Below are positions 1 through 12,886 of a stretch of DNA of 49,160 nucleotides, one piece after another. The notes under the pieces were generated by a model. That model made no database searches. It had not been told where the DNA came from and saw only the letters and a program-made list of their open reading frames with translations. The DNA lies in the NCBI RefSeq assembly GCF_036321535.1, contig NC_087437.1, positions 122,638,001-122,687,160 of the forward strand, written 5' to 3'. The position numbers and the translations under genes were made by a program. Each line of letters begins with the position of its first letter. The first letter of the stretch is position 1. This DNA is from Camelus dromedarius (taxonomy: Eukaryota).

Positions 1-461
1 ACAAGAGTTTAGCAACACTAAACCCATGCTAAAAGAAATATTGAAAGTTCTACTCTAAATAGAAAAGCAGCAGGATGCTACAGAAATGAGAAAGTCACAA
101 CTGGAAAGGTGATAACTCATAAATTACAAATAAAATAAACACAAAGTCATAAAAGTAGACATACAAATCATTGAGAGTGGGAGAGGGAGGCAGGAAAATA
201 CAGAATTTTTTTTCTTTCTTTAAAAAATTTTTTTCTTGGTAGGATGGGTTTGAGATCATGTTACTATCAGTTTAATAAAAACAGTTATAGTAATGGGCTA
301 ATAGACTTAAAAAAGAGGGAAACCACAAGCCAAAAACTTACAAGGGAGTCACTAAAACTAAATAAAATTCATGATAATACAAAGGAAAATTACCAAACCA
401 CAAAAGGAAGAAGAAAGGAACAAAGAGGAAATACCAATTCAACTGCAAAGATAAGTTCAAA

Positions 462-1670
462 ATGGCAATAAACACACATCTATCATTAATTACTGTAAAT
501 GTTAATGGACTAAATGCTCCAGTCAAAAGGCATAGAGTGGCAGACTGGATAATAAAGCAAGAACCTTCAATATGCTGCATACAATAGACCCACTTTAGGG
601 AGAAGGACACATATAGATCGAAAGTGAAAGGATGGGAAAGGATATTCCATGCAAATGGAAAAGCCAAAAAAGCAGGTGTTGCAGTACTGATTTCAGACAA
701 AATAGACTTTAAAACAAAGGCCATAAAGAAAGATAAAGAAGGACACTTTATAGTCATTAAAGGAATGATACAAGATGAGGATATTACACTCATTAATATA
801 TATGTACCCAATATAGGAGCACCTAAGTACATAATACAATTACTAACAGAGATAAAGGGGGATATTGATGGGAATACAATCATAGTTGGAGATTTTAACA
901 CCGCATTAACATCACTAGACAGATCTTCCAGACAGAAAATAAATAAGGCAACAGAGAAACTAAATAATACAATAGAAAAATTAGATTTGGTGGATATTTT
1001 CAGAGCTTCACACCCCCCCAAAATAGGATATACATTCTTTTCAAGTGCACATGGAACATTTTCCAGGATTGATCATGTACTTGGGTACAAAAGAAACCTC
1101 AGCAATTTTAAGGAGATAGAAATTATCTCAAGCACTTTACTGACCACAATGCCATGAAACTAGAAATCAACAACAGAGAAACAAAGGAGAAAAAAAGGAA
1201 AGCATGGAGATTAAGCAATATGTTATTAAAAAAAAAACAATGGGTCAATGAGGAAGTCAAAGCTGAAATTAAAAAACACCTTGAGACAAATGACAATGAA
1301 AGCACAACCACACAAAATTTATGGGACACAGCAAAGGCAGTGCTAAGAGGGAAGTTTATAGTGATACAGGCCTTCCTCAAAAAAGAAGAACAATCTCAAA
1401 TAAATGATGTAACCCACCAGCTGAATGAATTAGAAAAAGAACAACAACAAAACAAAACAAAACAAAACAAAACAAAACAAAACAAAACCCAAAAGGCAGG
1501 AGAAGGAAGGAAATTATAAAGATTAGGGAGGAAATAAATAAAATAGCAATTAACAAGACCATAGAATAAATCAACCACCAAACCAAAAGCTGTTTTTTTG
1601 AAAAAGTAAATAAAATTGACAAACCTCTGGCCAAACTCACAAAGAAGAAAAAAGAGAGAGCACAAATTAG
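462..1670 (+). pseudogene. Disrupted L1 ORF2 (APE endonuclease domain and linker)
   Basis: In-frame TAG at 585-587 (CCIQ*TH, position of the catalytic Glu), a frameshift near 1135-1141 at the SDH motif, a (CAAAA)n expansion at ~1441-1487 and further frameshifts. Confidence 0.93.
1441..1487 (+). repeat. (CAAAA)n microsatellite inside L1 ORF2
   Basis: Directly visible tandem CAAAA units. Confidence 0.95.
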
Positions 1671-2459
1671 CTCGTAGAGTAAAACCACAATGTAATCATG
1701 CCACAAAAAATCAATACAAAGAAGAAACTGAAATAGAGAGGGGAATGTAAGCGATGTGAGAATGACTTTAGATTTAGAAAGAAGAGAATAGAATGTTCAG
1801 AAGAAATTCCAGAAAGGGCTTAATATCTCCTCTGCAGCCCTGAGACCCCAGTCACACCAGTGTCCTTACCAAAGCCAGTCTGGGTAGCACCCGGTAAGGG
1901 GGGTGACTCACAGGCGGTTCTGAAAACTGATGATATGCTGCCAGAGTTATGGGGAAGGAGCTATGTGACTTCATCTCCCATGGGGCACTAACCAGCTTGT
2001 TATCCAAAGTGGAAATGTCCTGTGCACAGGGACCCAGTCTGGCAGGTTCACAGGAGTCTAAATCGCCCTCTCTGATGCCTTGTGTCTCCTGTTACTTATT
2101 AGGCTGATTATTTTCAAGTGCCCAATTATCTTCTGAGGTAATAATAGATTGTTCCTGAGTTAAAGCTCGGTAATTATCCTTCAGGGTTCCAGAACAACGA
2201 CAGGAAGGTAATCAGAAGTTTAATTCTCTCAGCTGGCAGATGTTGTGCCGGTATTCAGTGTTACGCTGGCCACTGTGCCGCATCTGTGAGGCTGGGGTGG
2301 TGGCTATTCAGAGCTGAATTTCAGATTTCTGAAATTTCCATTCAAACAAGCGTATAGCTTTATCTTGTTCAACGACCAGACCATAATTTTTATTTGAATT
2401 TGCAGTACATACTCAGTGATATAACTTGTGCAACTTTGAACACATGAAAAATTTACATT

Positions 2460-3125
2460 TTAAAACTTAAACCTTTTATTTTGAAAAAATTGTAGATTCA
2501 CAGAAAATTGTAAAAGATGTACAGAGAAATCCTATTAGCCCTTCATCCAGTTTCCCCAATGGCTGCATCTTTCACAATTATAGTACAATGTAAAATCGTT
2601 TGACATGGATGTAACGTGTAGTCATGTCACCTTACCACCGTGTAGCTTCATGTAACCACTGACTCCATCAAGACACGACATTGTTTCATCTACAAAGGTC
2701 TCCCTCATGCTACCTCTATACTCACACCCAGATCACCACCACAAATCTGTTTTCCATCAGTATAATTTTGTTTCTGCAAAACATTATCTAAATACAATAA
2801 TATAATTTTATAGCATATAATATTTTGGGATTTCTTTTCATCACTTAGCATTCTTCTCTAGGTCCATTCAAGTTGTTGCTTGTCTCAAGAGCTCAATCCC
2901 TTTTATTGTTGAGTAAGACTCCCAGTGTGGAGGTACCAACTTACACGTACCTGCTGAGGGACATTAGGGCTGTCTTGCAGTTTGGGCTCTTGCAATTAAA
3001 CAGCAGTTTTGGCTATTACTATGAACAACTGTGTACAGGTTTTTACGTAAATGTTAGTTTTCATTTCTCTAAGATAAATGCCCAGGAGTACAATTGATGG
3101 ATTGTATGCTAAGTGCATATTTTAC
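2460..3125 (-). mobile_element. Old L1M-type 3' fragment
   Basis: Typical antisense L1M 3'-end phrases (ttttattttgaaaaaattgtagattcacag, tcatttctctaagataaatgcccaggagt). Confidence 0.7.
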
Positions 3126-4537
3126 ACCCGATATCACCCATCTCAGGCCAGCCTAATCCTAAAGGATAGCATTATATTTGGAGTCCCTCTGAGAATATGA
3201 GTGTCAGGGTGTTTGTTCATAGCAGCATTATTTGCAATAGCTGAGATATGGGAGCTTCCTAAGTGTCCATCAACAGCTGAGTGATGACCTATTAAGACAC
3301 TTTTCCATAAGATCTTAAACTGGGCAAGGATGCCTCTACCACCCTTGATATTCAACATAGTGTTGTGAATTTGGAGCCCAGAGATGGGAAGGCAGGAGGC
3401 ATTTACTGTTGCAGGAAAGGCTTGCTGGCAGCGCTGACCAGAGGAAGAGACCAGAACTGTGAACATCAGATCTGAGAAATCAGAAGCCCAGCAGACAGGG
3501 CAAGGGCGTGTCTGGGCTGCTTCCTTGGGTCCAGGAGACATTATTGCATTATTGTTCATTGAGCCGTGGCCCGATCGTGCAGACATGCATGCCTTGGCCC
3601 CGGTGGGACAAGGGGTTTCCCACGGTCTGTACCACGTTCTTGGAGCTGTGACTCCAGCTGGTGTCTTTCTCACCATCCAAGGAGCAAGGGCATCAGTGAT
3701 CTCTGCAAACTGCATGCCAGGTCTTCAGTCTGCAAGGAGCTGCACCAGAGACCAGGCCTCCAGTGCAGGGCTGCCTGACCTCACGGGGTCTCCTCTTTGG
3801 CAATATTTGTGCGTTTTGGAAATAGGGCTGGACAGTAGCTAATTCAGCCTCCTCAAAGTCAATAGGATCAAATTAGGTCCCGTCATACTACATTAGTTCA
3901 CACCAAATCAAACTAGACATTTTTGAAGCTCTGAGTTGACCGAGAAGGCTGCCCCACAAGTAAATTTTCCAGGAAAGGAGCCACTTGTGGAGCAGTAACT
4001 CAAAGCCCAGTGACTCGGCTTGTAGCTGAGACCCTCCTATAAGCCCCCTTCTTGTGGCTCGTGTCACATTTCCTGCTGCTGCCAAGTGCTGACCAACCCC
4101 AGGGCTGGCCTCCCGAGCTCCATGGCAAGTACATGGCCACAGCCCAGCCAGATGGGCCACTGGCATGGAGCCTGGAATGGAAAACTAACAACGTCTGAGC
4201 CCAGATGTAATTTCTACCAGGATCACGCATACAGAGCAGAGCTACCTGGGTGTATGGCGCTGGCTTGGAGATGTCCACGGTGCTGAAAGGATCCCGGTCC
4301 TCCCCTGCCCCACCTCCTCCTGCCATGAACGAATGACTGGAAATTCCATTACCAGGTTTGTTAGGGGCTGTTAGCCCAGGGAGACAGAGGGCAACAAACT
4401 GTGCCCAGCTCCGACTTCTCCTTACTCTGGTCCATCCGTGGCAGCATCAAGCTCCTTTGCCCCTAACATTGTGTTTCAGCATCAGAAGGAAGAAAACCAC
4501 TTGAAAAAACCAATCTCACAGTGTGGGTTCTGTTCAT

Positions 4538-5087
4538 TGTGGGTTTTGTCCAGCAAAAGTCCCTCTGCGGAAGAACAAAATTACTCAAGACTTTATTAAG
4601 TCAAGAGAGTGAGAGGGACCTGGAGCCCAACTCTCCAAGCCCTCCCAAGCCCTTGTATTTATTGAGAATAGTCAAACAGAGAGTCAAAGTAAAATACATC
4701 ATAGGAATGAATAAAGGGCATGGTGTATGTGCAGGGATGCAGCTCAGCAGTTTCAGCTTGTGAAAAAAAAGAGATTATAATCTTAATTTATACTTAGGGA
4801 GAAGGTTACAATATTGATAGTACAAATGGTTACTTTAAGCCTCAAACAATCATGAGCAAGGTTACAGTGTTCCAAATAATTAATAATGAAAACCCAGACC
4901 ACCACAAAGTCTCCATACTACAATCAGAAATCGTCTAAGCACACGAAGCAGCCCAGCTGTCCCCAGCTAAGGGCTAAGTCACCGTCTTCTATGAGCAAGA
5001 GCAGCCCACACGATCCACCTGTGCCTGATGAGCGAAGCATGTCCTGCTGGTTAGCGCAGGGGACAAGTTATGGTTTTCCATGAGCAC
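4538..5087 (-). mobile_element. Probable solo LTR
   Basis: TG...CA-like ends and a reverse AATAAA; family not recognised, boundaries uncertain. Confidence 0.35.
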
Positions 5088-6673
5088 AAGCAGCCCTGAA
5101 TCTATGACCTCAAACTAGGCAAAGCATGTCTCTGCTTTTTATGGCAAGGAGACAGTTTGTAGCAGATTCCTGCTGGCAAAGCAGCTTCAAGGCAATGTAA
5201 GCTAAATTCCATAGATAAGGTGTTGACTTGTATCTAGAGTTTAGCCTTTTATGCTTTTGGACATTTTGCTTTGAAGTAGCAGTATAATGAGAAATATAGA
5301 AAGCATTGGTTTTGATTATACATTTCTTACGTGTTTATGTAAAGGTGAGGATACATAAAGGTGGGAATATGATCTGGTAAAAGCAATGATTACCATATCA
5401 AAGTTTGTTAACCCAAGTTTGTGCTCCCATATCACAGAATCATCATTTCTTCCCAAGACTCCCCAACATGTGTGAGAAAGAGATGATCAACTACAAGGCA
5501 AAGAGAAGCTTTCAGCCCAGCTCTTCTTGCCAGCCCTGGCGGTGCTCCAGGGTCCAGGGGTCCAGGGAGAGGACTCATGGGAGGGGATAGCTGCTCACAA
5601 AGGTCTGGGCATCTCCTCATCATTTCCACCACTGGGTGTGATTTTCTGGGCTTATCCCCAACTCCAGCCTGCGGATCTGTTCACCTGTTTGGGTGAAAAC
5701 CTTCCACTAGGGCATGTGGGGTTTCTGGGCACTTTGGGGCTGCATCGGGGGCAAGGGCACTCCCAGGTCTGTTTTCTTGAGGAGATATGCTCCCATGTTA
5801 TGGACCTCAGCCCTGGGTGTTCTGGGAATGGGTGGGCTCTGGTGTGGTTAGAGGTCTGAGTCAGTGCTCAGGGTTTTGGTTGGGGGTGCGTCTGGGGTCC
5901 GTGGTCCCACTGTGGTCCCTCTCCCAGGCAATCCTCTGTCTGAGCACAGAGGGATTTCTGCCTCCCCATCCCCAGTGACTGGCCTGGGGCCTGGTTCATG
6001 GTGGCTGCTCAGGAGATGTCCAAAATTGGATAATGGAACAAGTCCAGTCCAGTGTCGCCCCCTACACTTCTGTGGGGGCCCCCATGATGCCTGCTCAGCA
6101 CTGCACACCTGGAGGACCAGGGCCTAGGCAAAAACTGTATGCCCCTGGGTGGTCAATTAGAACTCCTTGAATCCCTGATGTGTTAAGAAACTTGTTTATC
6201 ACTGTGTAGAGGCTGAAGGAAGGGGGTCAATGAGAGCAGTGGAAGGGACTGGGTCCAGCAGCTGGAATCCCCTGAGACCTTGGCCCTTGGAAGGACCCAG
6301 GATGGCATCCTTGGTAAGGCGTGCTCCTATTCCTTCCAGCCCACTTTACCCCATTCTGACTTGCCTCTCAGAGGTCTTCATAGGAGGATCGCCTTGTAGG
6401 TGGCTTTTGATGTATCAGATGTCCAGAGTGTCAGCTGGAGACACGTGCTGGGTGAAGGGCCCCCCACCATGACCCTGACCCCAAAGCTGAGGATGAAAGT
6501 GGGTCTCAGGAATGCCCCCTTCCAGGACAGCCTCCTCAGTCAGGAATGAGGCCCTTTGTGTTCCTAAATGGCCCAAGTGAGAGAGAGGTGCTTGGTGAGG
6601 GTTTGTCCACCAGCTCCCAGCTCTTTCATCCCTTCCTCTCCCAACAGACCCTTGTAGGAAAAGCTCCCCGAGA

Positions 6674-7317
6674 TGATGCAGGAAAATGGATGTGGGGTGT
6701 GAGGAAGGCCATGTCCCAGATTTTGGTTGAGTCCCTGGGATGTGCCCTGCCAAGTGTGGGTCCTTGGCTTCATGCAGGAAAGAATTCAAGTGCAAGCCAC
6801 AGTTGAGTAAAGGTAGATTTATTTAGAGAGGTACATACTGCATAGAGTGTAAGGCAAGAGAAAGGCAAGGAAAGAGCTGTGGGAATTGGGTGCTCAGGTT
6901 AAAGTAAAAGGAGGTACACACTCCATAGACAGAGTGTGGGCCGTCTCCAAAGAGGAGGGAGCAAAAAATGGCGGCTAGGCATGGTGTTGCCAGCTTTTAT
7001 GGGCTCTGTAAATTCACATGCCTACAGGTGGGACCATTCCAACTACCTTAGGGAAGGGGCTGGGATTCACAGGTATTGGGCCACCACCCATTCTTTGGCC
7101 TTTTGTGGTTAGCCTTGGGACTGTCATGGCTCCTGTGGACATGTTATTTATCATGCTATTTCAATGAGCATATAATGAAACTCAAAGTCTACTAGAAGTC
7201 AAACCTCCTGCCAACTTAATCCTCAAGGCCACGTGGGAGTTGAATCTTCCACCATTTTGGTGTTAATTGCTGTCACTCCTTGAATGGCTGTGCCCTGCCC
7301 CTTTCCCTCCTGTCTCA
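6674..7317 (-). mobile_element. Solo ERV LTR (antisense)
   Basis: Minus strand begins TGAGACAGGAGGGAAAGGGGCAGGG at 7317 and ends ...TGCATCA at ~6674, with a minus-strand AATAAA at ~6818-6823. Flanks show no target-site duplication. Confidence 0.7.
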
Positions 7318-7848
7318 GTTTTAGAACTGTTAGCTACTACACCCCAGAAAGAATTTTATAAATTAAAGCCCACAGTTTAACAATAGTCCATTTTGCCTTT
7401 GCAAAATGATTCTGTACATTTCAAAAGTTAATCTAGGTCAGCACCTCTTGCCCTCTACTGACTTGCCCTCTACCTTCCACCCATTTCTAATAGTTAGATT
7501 CTGTCACTTTGTGTGTTCCATTCTGCAACACTCCTACACCCTAATCAACTAAATTTGAATAGATTATGATTGACCTTTGGGCTGTACAAATGTATGGACT
7601 TAGACATACTCATAGTGACACAACCTAAATTATCACAAGGAACACTTCAACCCTTCACCCCCACCCCATTATCTGTTTATGTGTGTAGTTTTGCCTTTTC
7701 CATAATTGTCCTAAATAGGGTCCTACTGTGTGCAGCCTCCTCAGACTGGATTCTTTCAGTTAGTAACATACAAGTAAGATTTGCCCATGTCTTTCTGTGG
7801 GTTGATGGTTTTATTTTTATTGCCAAGTAGTATTCCATTGCATGTATA

Positions 7849-8384
7849 TGAGAGTAAAACCAGTTTTCCCTCTATCCTTCTAGGCTCTTGGATGAGACCT
7901 CCCAGCCCCACCCCCCCCGATAAGACAGATTACCGGGAGAAAGAAACAAGTTCAATAACACATATACTTCCAGTATACCGGGAAGATACCCAGGAAAACT
8001 GAGCCCCCTCCCCCCCCCAGAAATGGCCAAAGACATCACCTTAAATATGATCTTTAGTTTAAAACAAAAGCAAGGCCTTGGGGAGGGAGGAAGTCATTTA
8101 TGGTGGGTTACCATGAAAGCTCAGTAAACAAAGGTGTGTTTGTTATGCAGACTTAAGTCAAGACTTCTCTATTGATAAGAGTTAGTTAAGGTTTAATCAG
8201 CCTTCTATTTCTGGTACAAAGAGGGACACACTTACAAATGTAGATTTTCCTAATAAATGTAAATGCCACTTACAAAAGGGCAACATCCACTCAGTTTTCT
8301 AAGATTATTTTTTAAAATTAGACTAAATTAATCCTTATGCCAAAGAAGCCTATTTTGGGGTGCCTTATTCTGTTCTTTTTGACA
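7849..8384 (-). mobile_element. MER34-like ERV1 LTR; paralogous copies at ~16453-16977, ~29027-29300 (truncated) and ~38010-38397 (partial)
   Basis: Minus strand starts tgtcaaaaagaacagaataaggcaccccaaaataggcttctttggcataaggatt, matching the MER34-type 5' motif as recalled. Confidence 0.7.
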
Positions 8385-9229
8385 TGGATGTACCCCAAAT
8401 TGCTTATCCATTCATCTATTGAAGGACATCCTGATTTCAAGTTTTTAGCCATTATGAGCAGAGCTGCTGTGCATAACTGAATCCCAGTATGTCTTTGGAC
8501 ATAGTTTTTCTTGCTTAAATACTGGAAGCAGGACTACTGAATCCCAAGGTGAGACTTGTTTAGCTTTGGGAAAAACTGCCAGCCTGTCTTACGAAGTGGC
8601 TGTCCATGCATTCCACCAGCAATGAGGGAGAATTCTGTTGTTCCTCACTACCAGCAATGGGATTGTCATATTTTTGGAGTTTAGCAGTTCTAACAGGTGT
8701 GTCATGATCTCTTTTGATTTTAATTAGTAATTCCCTGATGGCATATTTTTGTGTGCTTATTTATGATCTGTATGTCTTCTTGGATCAGGTATCTGTCCAG
8801 ATCTTTATCCATTTTTTATGGGGTTATTTTAGAGTTCTTTGTATATTTTGAGTCCAAATCATTTATCAGATATGTGTTTTGTAAATATTTTTCTCACAGT
8901 TTTATGGCTTGTCTTGGTTTTCTGAATAAGGTCTTTCAGAATAGAAGTCTTTAATCTTATAAAGTCCATAATCTTACTTTTTTTGTGGATTGGCTTTACG
9001 TGTAGTGTGATAAAACTCAAAGGTCATAATCTACGTTATCAAATGCAAGGTCATATAGATTTTCTTCTGTTTATCTCTATAACTCAATTTTGGATTTTAA
9101 ATGTGTGTGAATAAATTTGAGTGAATTTGTTGTAAGTGTTAAAGTTTCTGTTTCCATTCAGTTCATTCCATATGGCTTCCAATGAATTGTTCCTTAGCTG
9201 TTTGGAGAAGTTAGGGATATTTGGCTTTA

Positions 9230-9720
9230 TTTTAGCTTGAATTTCCAGTTTAAAAGACTCAGCTGAACTCTTCTCAGGGGGGTGGGGCCCCTAGCTGTGA
9301 GGGGTGCTTGTTCCACACTTTCCTGTCCGTAGTGTAGTGGACTGAGCTGAGCTGCCCTTGGGTGGAGCTTCCGCTGGCTGTGAGGGTGGCTGAGCCTGCG
9401 CTTTCCCATTGGCCGGCAGGGCCCAGAGCCCGCCTCCCCTACCTGTGGCAGGAACACACGTTCAGCCCGAGGATTTGGCTTCCTGCGCAGCTGACTAGAG
9501 CCACGTCTCCTCTGGACCTGCTGGGCCTTTGAGACAACAGGGGGTTATGTCCATGCTGAAGGGACCCCAATCTCCTCAGGACCCGACAGGAGTTGCTGCA
9601 CTGAAGGCAGGGTGAGGAGGAAGAAAAAGTGAGAATTTTCCTGTGAGGGGCTGACTGCTGAGGGGAATCCCTCCTCAGAGGGCCAGGGAGAGGAAGGGCT
9701 GGATGTGGGGAACTGTGGGT
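9230..9720 (+). promoter_or_regulatory. GC-rich promoter/first-exon-like block, module 1
   Basis: GC-rich island in AT-rich L1, reverse CCAAT (cccattggcc), donor-like AGG|GTGAGG at 9612; homologous blocks in four other modules. Confidence 0.45.
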
Positions 9721-10435
9721 TTTAGTCAGTTTTTGTGTGTGGTGTAGAGTGTGCCATGTCCTTTGTGTGTGGTGTCCAGTTTTCCCAGTGTTATTGAGGA
9801 GACTGTCCTTTCCCTAAGCATATGTTCCGGGCTCCTTTCTTGTGACTTAACCGACCACATACCCCTGGGTTTATTTGTGGGCTCTCTATCTGTTCCTCTG
9901 GTCCGTGTCCTGGTTTTTGTGCCAATTCCACACTGTTCTGGTGACTGTAGTTTTGTAATGCTGTGTGAAGTCAGGGAGGGAGATGCCTCCAGCTTGTCCT
10001 CCTGTCACAGAATCCTTCTGGCTGTTCAGGGTCCTTTGGGTTTCCACACAAATGGTAGGGATGTTTGTTCTGTTTCTGTGAAAAATGACACTGAAACTTA
10101 TTTTATTAAAGTATAGTCAATTTACAGGGTTTTGTTATTTTCTGATGTAGGGCATAGTGATTTGACCAGGTTTGCTTTGAATTTGAACATTGCTTTGGTT
10201 AGAATGGATGTTTTAACAATATTAATTCTTCCATCCATGAGCACAGGATATCTTTCCATTTATTTGTTTCTATTCAGTTTCTTTCCTCAGTGTCTTAGAA
10301 TTTTCAGTGTTCTGATCTTTCACATCCTTGATTAAATTTATTGCTAGGTAGTTTTTTGGGGGGAATGCAATTGTAAATGGGATTTTAAAAAGTCTCTTTA
10401 TAATGTCCCGTTATTTATTTATTTGTTTATTTTCC

Positions 10436-10599
10436 TAAGGGAGAGCACGAATGCCATCCCCCACTACCACAAATTATGCAGTCGATTTTCTGACATTTGG
10501 AGAAATCGCAGGGGTCAGCACATCCGAGGTGCAGTGGATAAGCCTCTCCCTGGGAAAACCACCTTCATGATCACGGTATCTCCCCTGCCAGGTAAGTAT
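10436..10599 (-). pseudogene. RNU1: Full-length retroposed U1 snRNA pseudogene
   Basis: Minus strand reads ATACTTACCTGGCAGGGGAGATACCGTGATCATGAAGGTGGTTTTCCCAGGG...AATTTGTGG (Sm site). It has an A-rich tail at ~10416-10435 and a degenerate 15-bp TSD (10401-10415 / 10602-10616). Confidence 0.97.
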
Positions 10600-12886
10600 G
10601 ATGATGTCTCATTATTCATGTAGAAAGACAACTGATTTTTGTCTATTGATTTTGTTCCTTGTAGCTGTACTAAAATCAGTCATCAGTTCTAACAGGTTTC
10701 TGATGATTTGTTATGGAAAGCTAGAAATCAGAAATCACCCTGTTTGGACTCCATCCAGGTCATCCACAGCACCCAAGACACAGTGTCTCCTAATCTTCCT
10801 ACAGGGCCTCTAAATTACCTGTGGACTCCTACAAGGGTGGTTATCATCAGAACTTTGGGTGAACTGAATCTAGTTAAGGGTTGGCCTCTATAAGGAAATC
10901 TGATGTCTTCTCTGCTTTTTCAACACGGTGTTGACAATGGTTGTTTTGAAAAGTAATTTATTTTCTAGTAATTTCAAACATATAAAAAACTGTAAATAGG
11001 ATTACAAAGTACTCACATTTACCACCTGACAAAATGCTCTAAAACTGGGATACTCTCTCAGGGAACCAGCACATAAACCCCAAATGAAGAAATTTTATGG
11101 TTCCACATTGTAATCCCATCCACAGGCCCACTTCAACCTTCCCCATTGCCCCAACTTAGGGAAATGTATTTTTCCATTCTGATCTAGTTTTCTTTTTCTG
11201 AAACTATTATTGAGACTTTCCCTCTTTTTCAAAATCTTAATGGATTTGAAGTGCATAAGATGAGTATGATCTTGACCTCTTCTGTGTGGCTTCTGTCACT
11301 TAGAATGTTTTCAGTGTTCAACCAGGATGTAACATGTATCATTAGTGTTTCATTCACATTTTTCTTTGTTATTAAAAATACAGAACATAATGTTACCTTT
11401 TAAACCATTTAAATACACAGTCCTAATGTATTAACTAAATTCACACTGTTGTACAGATACTTCACTGTCCATCTCCAGAACTTCATCATTTTCCCCAAGT
11501 GAAACACTGTATCCAGTAAGCACTAACTTCCTTCAGCTCCTTGCAATGACATTCTTTCTATCTCTGCATTTGACATCTGGATACCTGGTGTAAGTGGAAT
11601 CATATAATATTTGTCCTTCTGTGTCTGGCTTATTTCACTTAGCATAGTGTCTTCAAGAATTATTCACGTTGCAGCATGTGTCATAATTTCCTTAGTTTTT
11701 AAGGCTGTGTAGTTTCCCATTGTGTATACACCACATTTAGTTTAACCATTCATTCGTTGGTGGACAGTTGAGTTGATTCCACCTTTTGCTGTTGTGATTA
11801 GTGCTGCTACGAATGTGGTTGAACACCAGTTCCTGCTTTCAAATATTTTGTATATATACACTGAAGTGGAATTGTTGGATCACATGTTAACCCCATGTTT
11901 AAGTTTTTGAGGAACTCCCATGTGGTTCTCCACCATGACTGCACCACTTTATTCCTTTATATGGCAGAATCATAGAGCGGTTTATGGATATACCCTGTTT
12001 GTTAATCTAGCCTTTGATGGACATTTCAATTGTTCTGCTTTTTGGGCCATTGTGAATAGTGCTGCTATGAATATTTGCAAACAATTTTTTTTGTTTGTTT
12101 CAACACCTGTTTTTAATGCTTTGTGTTCTATGTCTAGGAGTGAAATTGCTGAACCATAAGGTAACTGCATTTTTATCTTTTTGAGGAAATGACAAACTGT
12201 ACATATAAGCTGTACCATTGTCAACTTTTTCAAGTAATGTTTAAAGGTTTCCATTTCCCTCCATTTTTACCAACATTGGTTGTTTTTAATTTTCTTGCTT
12301 GTACAGCTTCTAGTGTGCTTGAAAAGGTACAGTATTATGGTATTAATTTGCATTTCCATCATGACTGATTTTTTAACATCTTTTCATGTGCCTGTTGACT
12401 ATTTGTCTTGTTCAGAGAAGGGTGTATTTAATTTTTTTTAAAAAAAATCTAATTTTATTTATTTTTGCTGGTTTTTTTTCCTTTTTCAGTTTTATTAGGT
12501 AGAATTATTACAGTTTGACCACACACATATACATTATATTACCTGTAAATACGTATAGAAATATACTGCACATTTTTTTCAAAGTTTATGTTTAGAGAAG
12601 GGTCTATTTAAGTCCTTTTACTATGTTAAAAATTGGATTTTGTGTTTTTATGAGTTGTAAAAGTTCTTGATAAAAATTTTTTTAGTTATGTAATGTGCAA
12701 ATATTTGATTTTTGTTTGTGGTCATTTCACTTTCTGGATAGCATCTTTGATGTACAAAGTTTTTTAATTTTGAGGAAAGGCAATTTAGTTTTTTCTTTCC
12801 TTGCTTGTGTTTGCTTTCAGATCTAAAAAAATAGCTAAACCCAAGGTCATGATGACTTATCCCCACTATTTCTTTGAGAGTTTATA

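Larger units (their letters stand above)
1..1670 (+). mobile_element. LINE-1 fragment: ORF1 3' end, ~400-nt inter-ORF spacer and 5' part of ORF2; cut off at its 3' side
   Basis: ORF1 C-terminus QEFSNTKPMLKEILKVLL* (TAA 56-58). ORF2 starts at ATG 462 (MAINTHLSLITVNVNGLNAPVKRHR), with GDFN and FSRIDH endonuclease motifs. L1 similarity stops after ...agagcacaaattag at ~1670. Confidence 0.97.

Noticed and set aside
338..1706. Hydrophobic minus-strand ORFs (227, 109 and 89 aa)
   Set aside because: Antisense shadow of A-rich L1 ORF2 and the CAAAA repeat.
3143..3842. 190-aa and 127-aa ORFs as genes
   Set aside because: Partly L1 scraps, no recognisable domain, and no splice structure I can support.
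10436..10599. Functional U1 gene
   Set aside because: A-rich tail, TSD and an empty paralogous site; no PSE or 3' box recognised; several internal substitutions.
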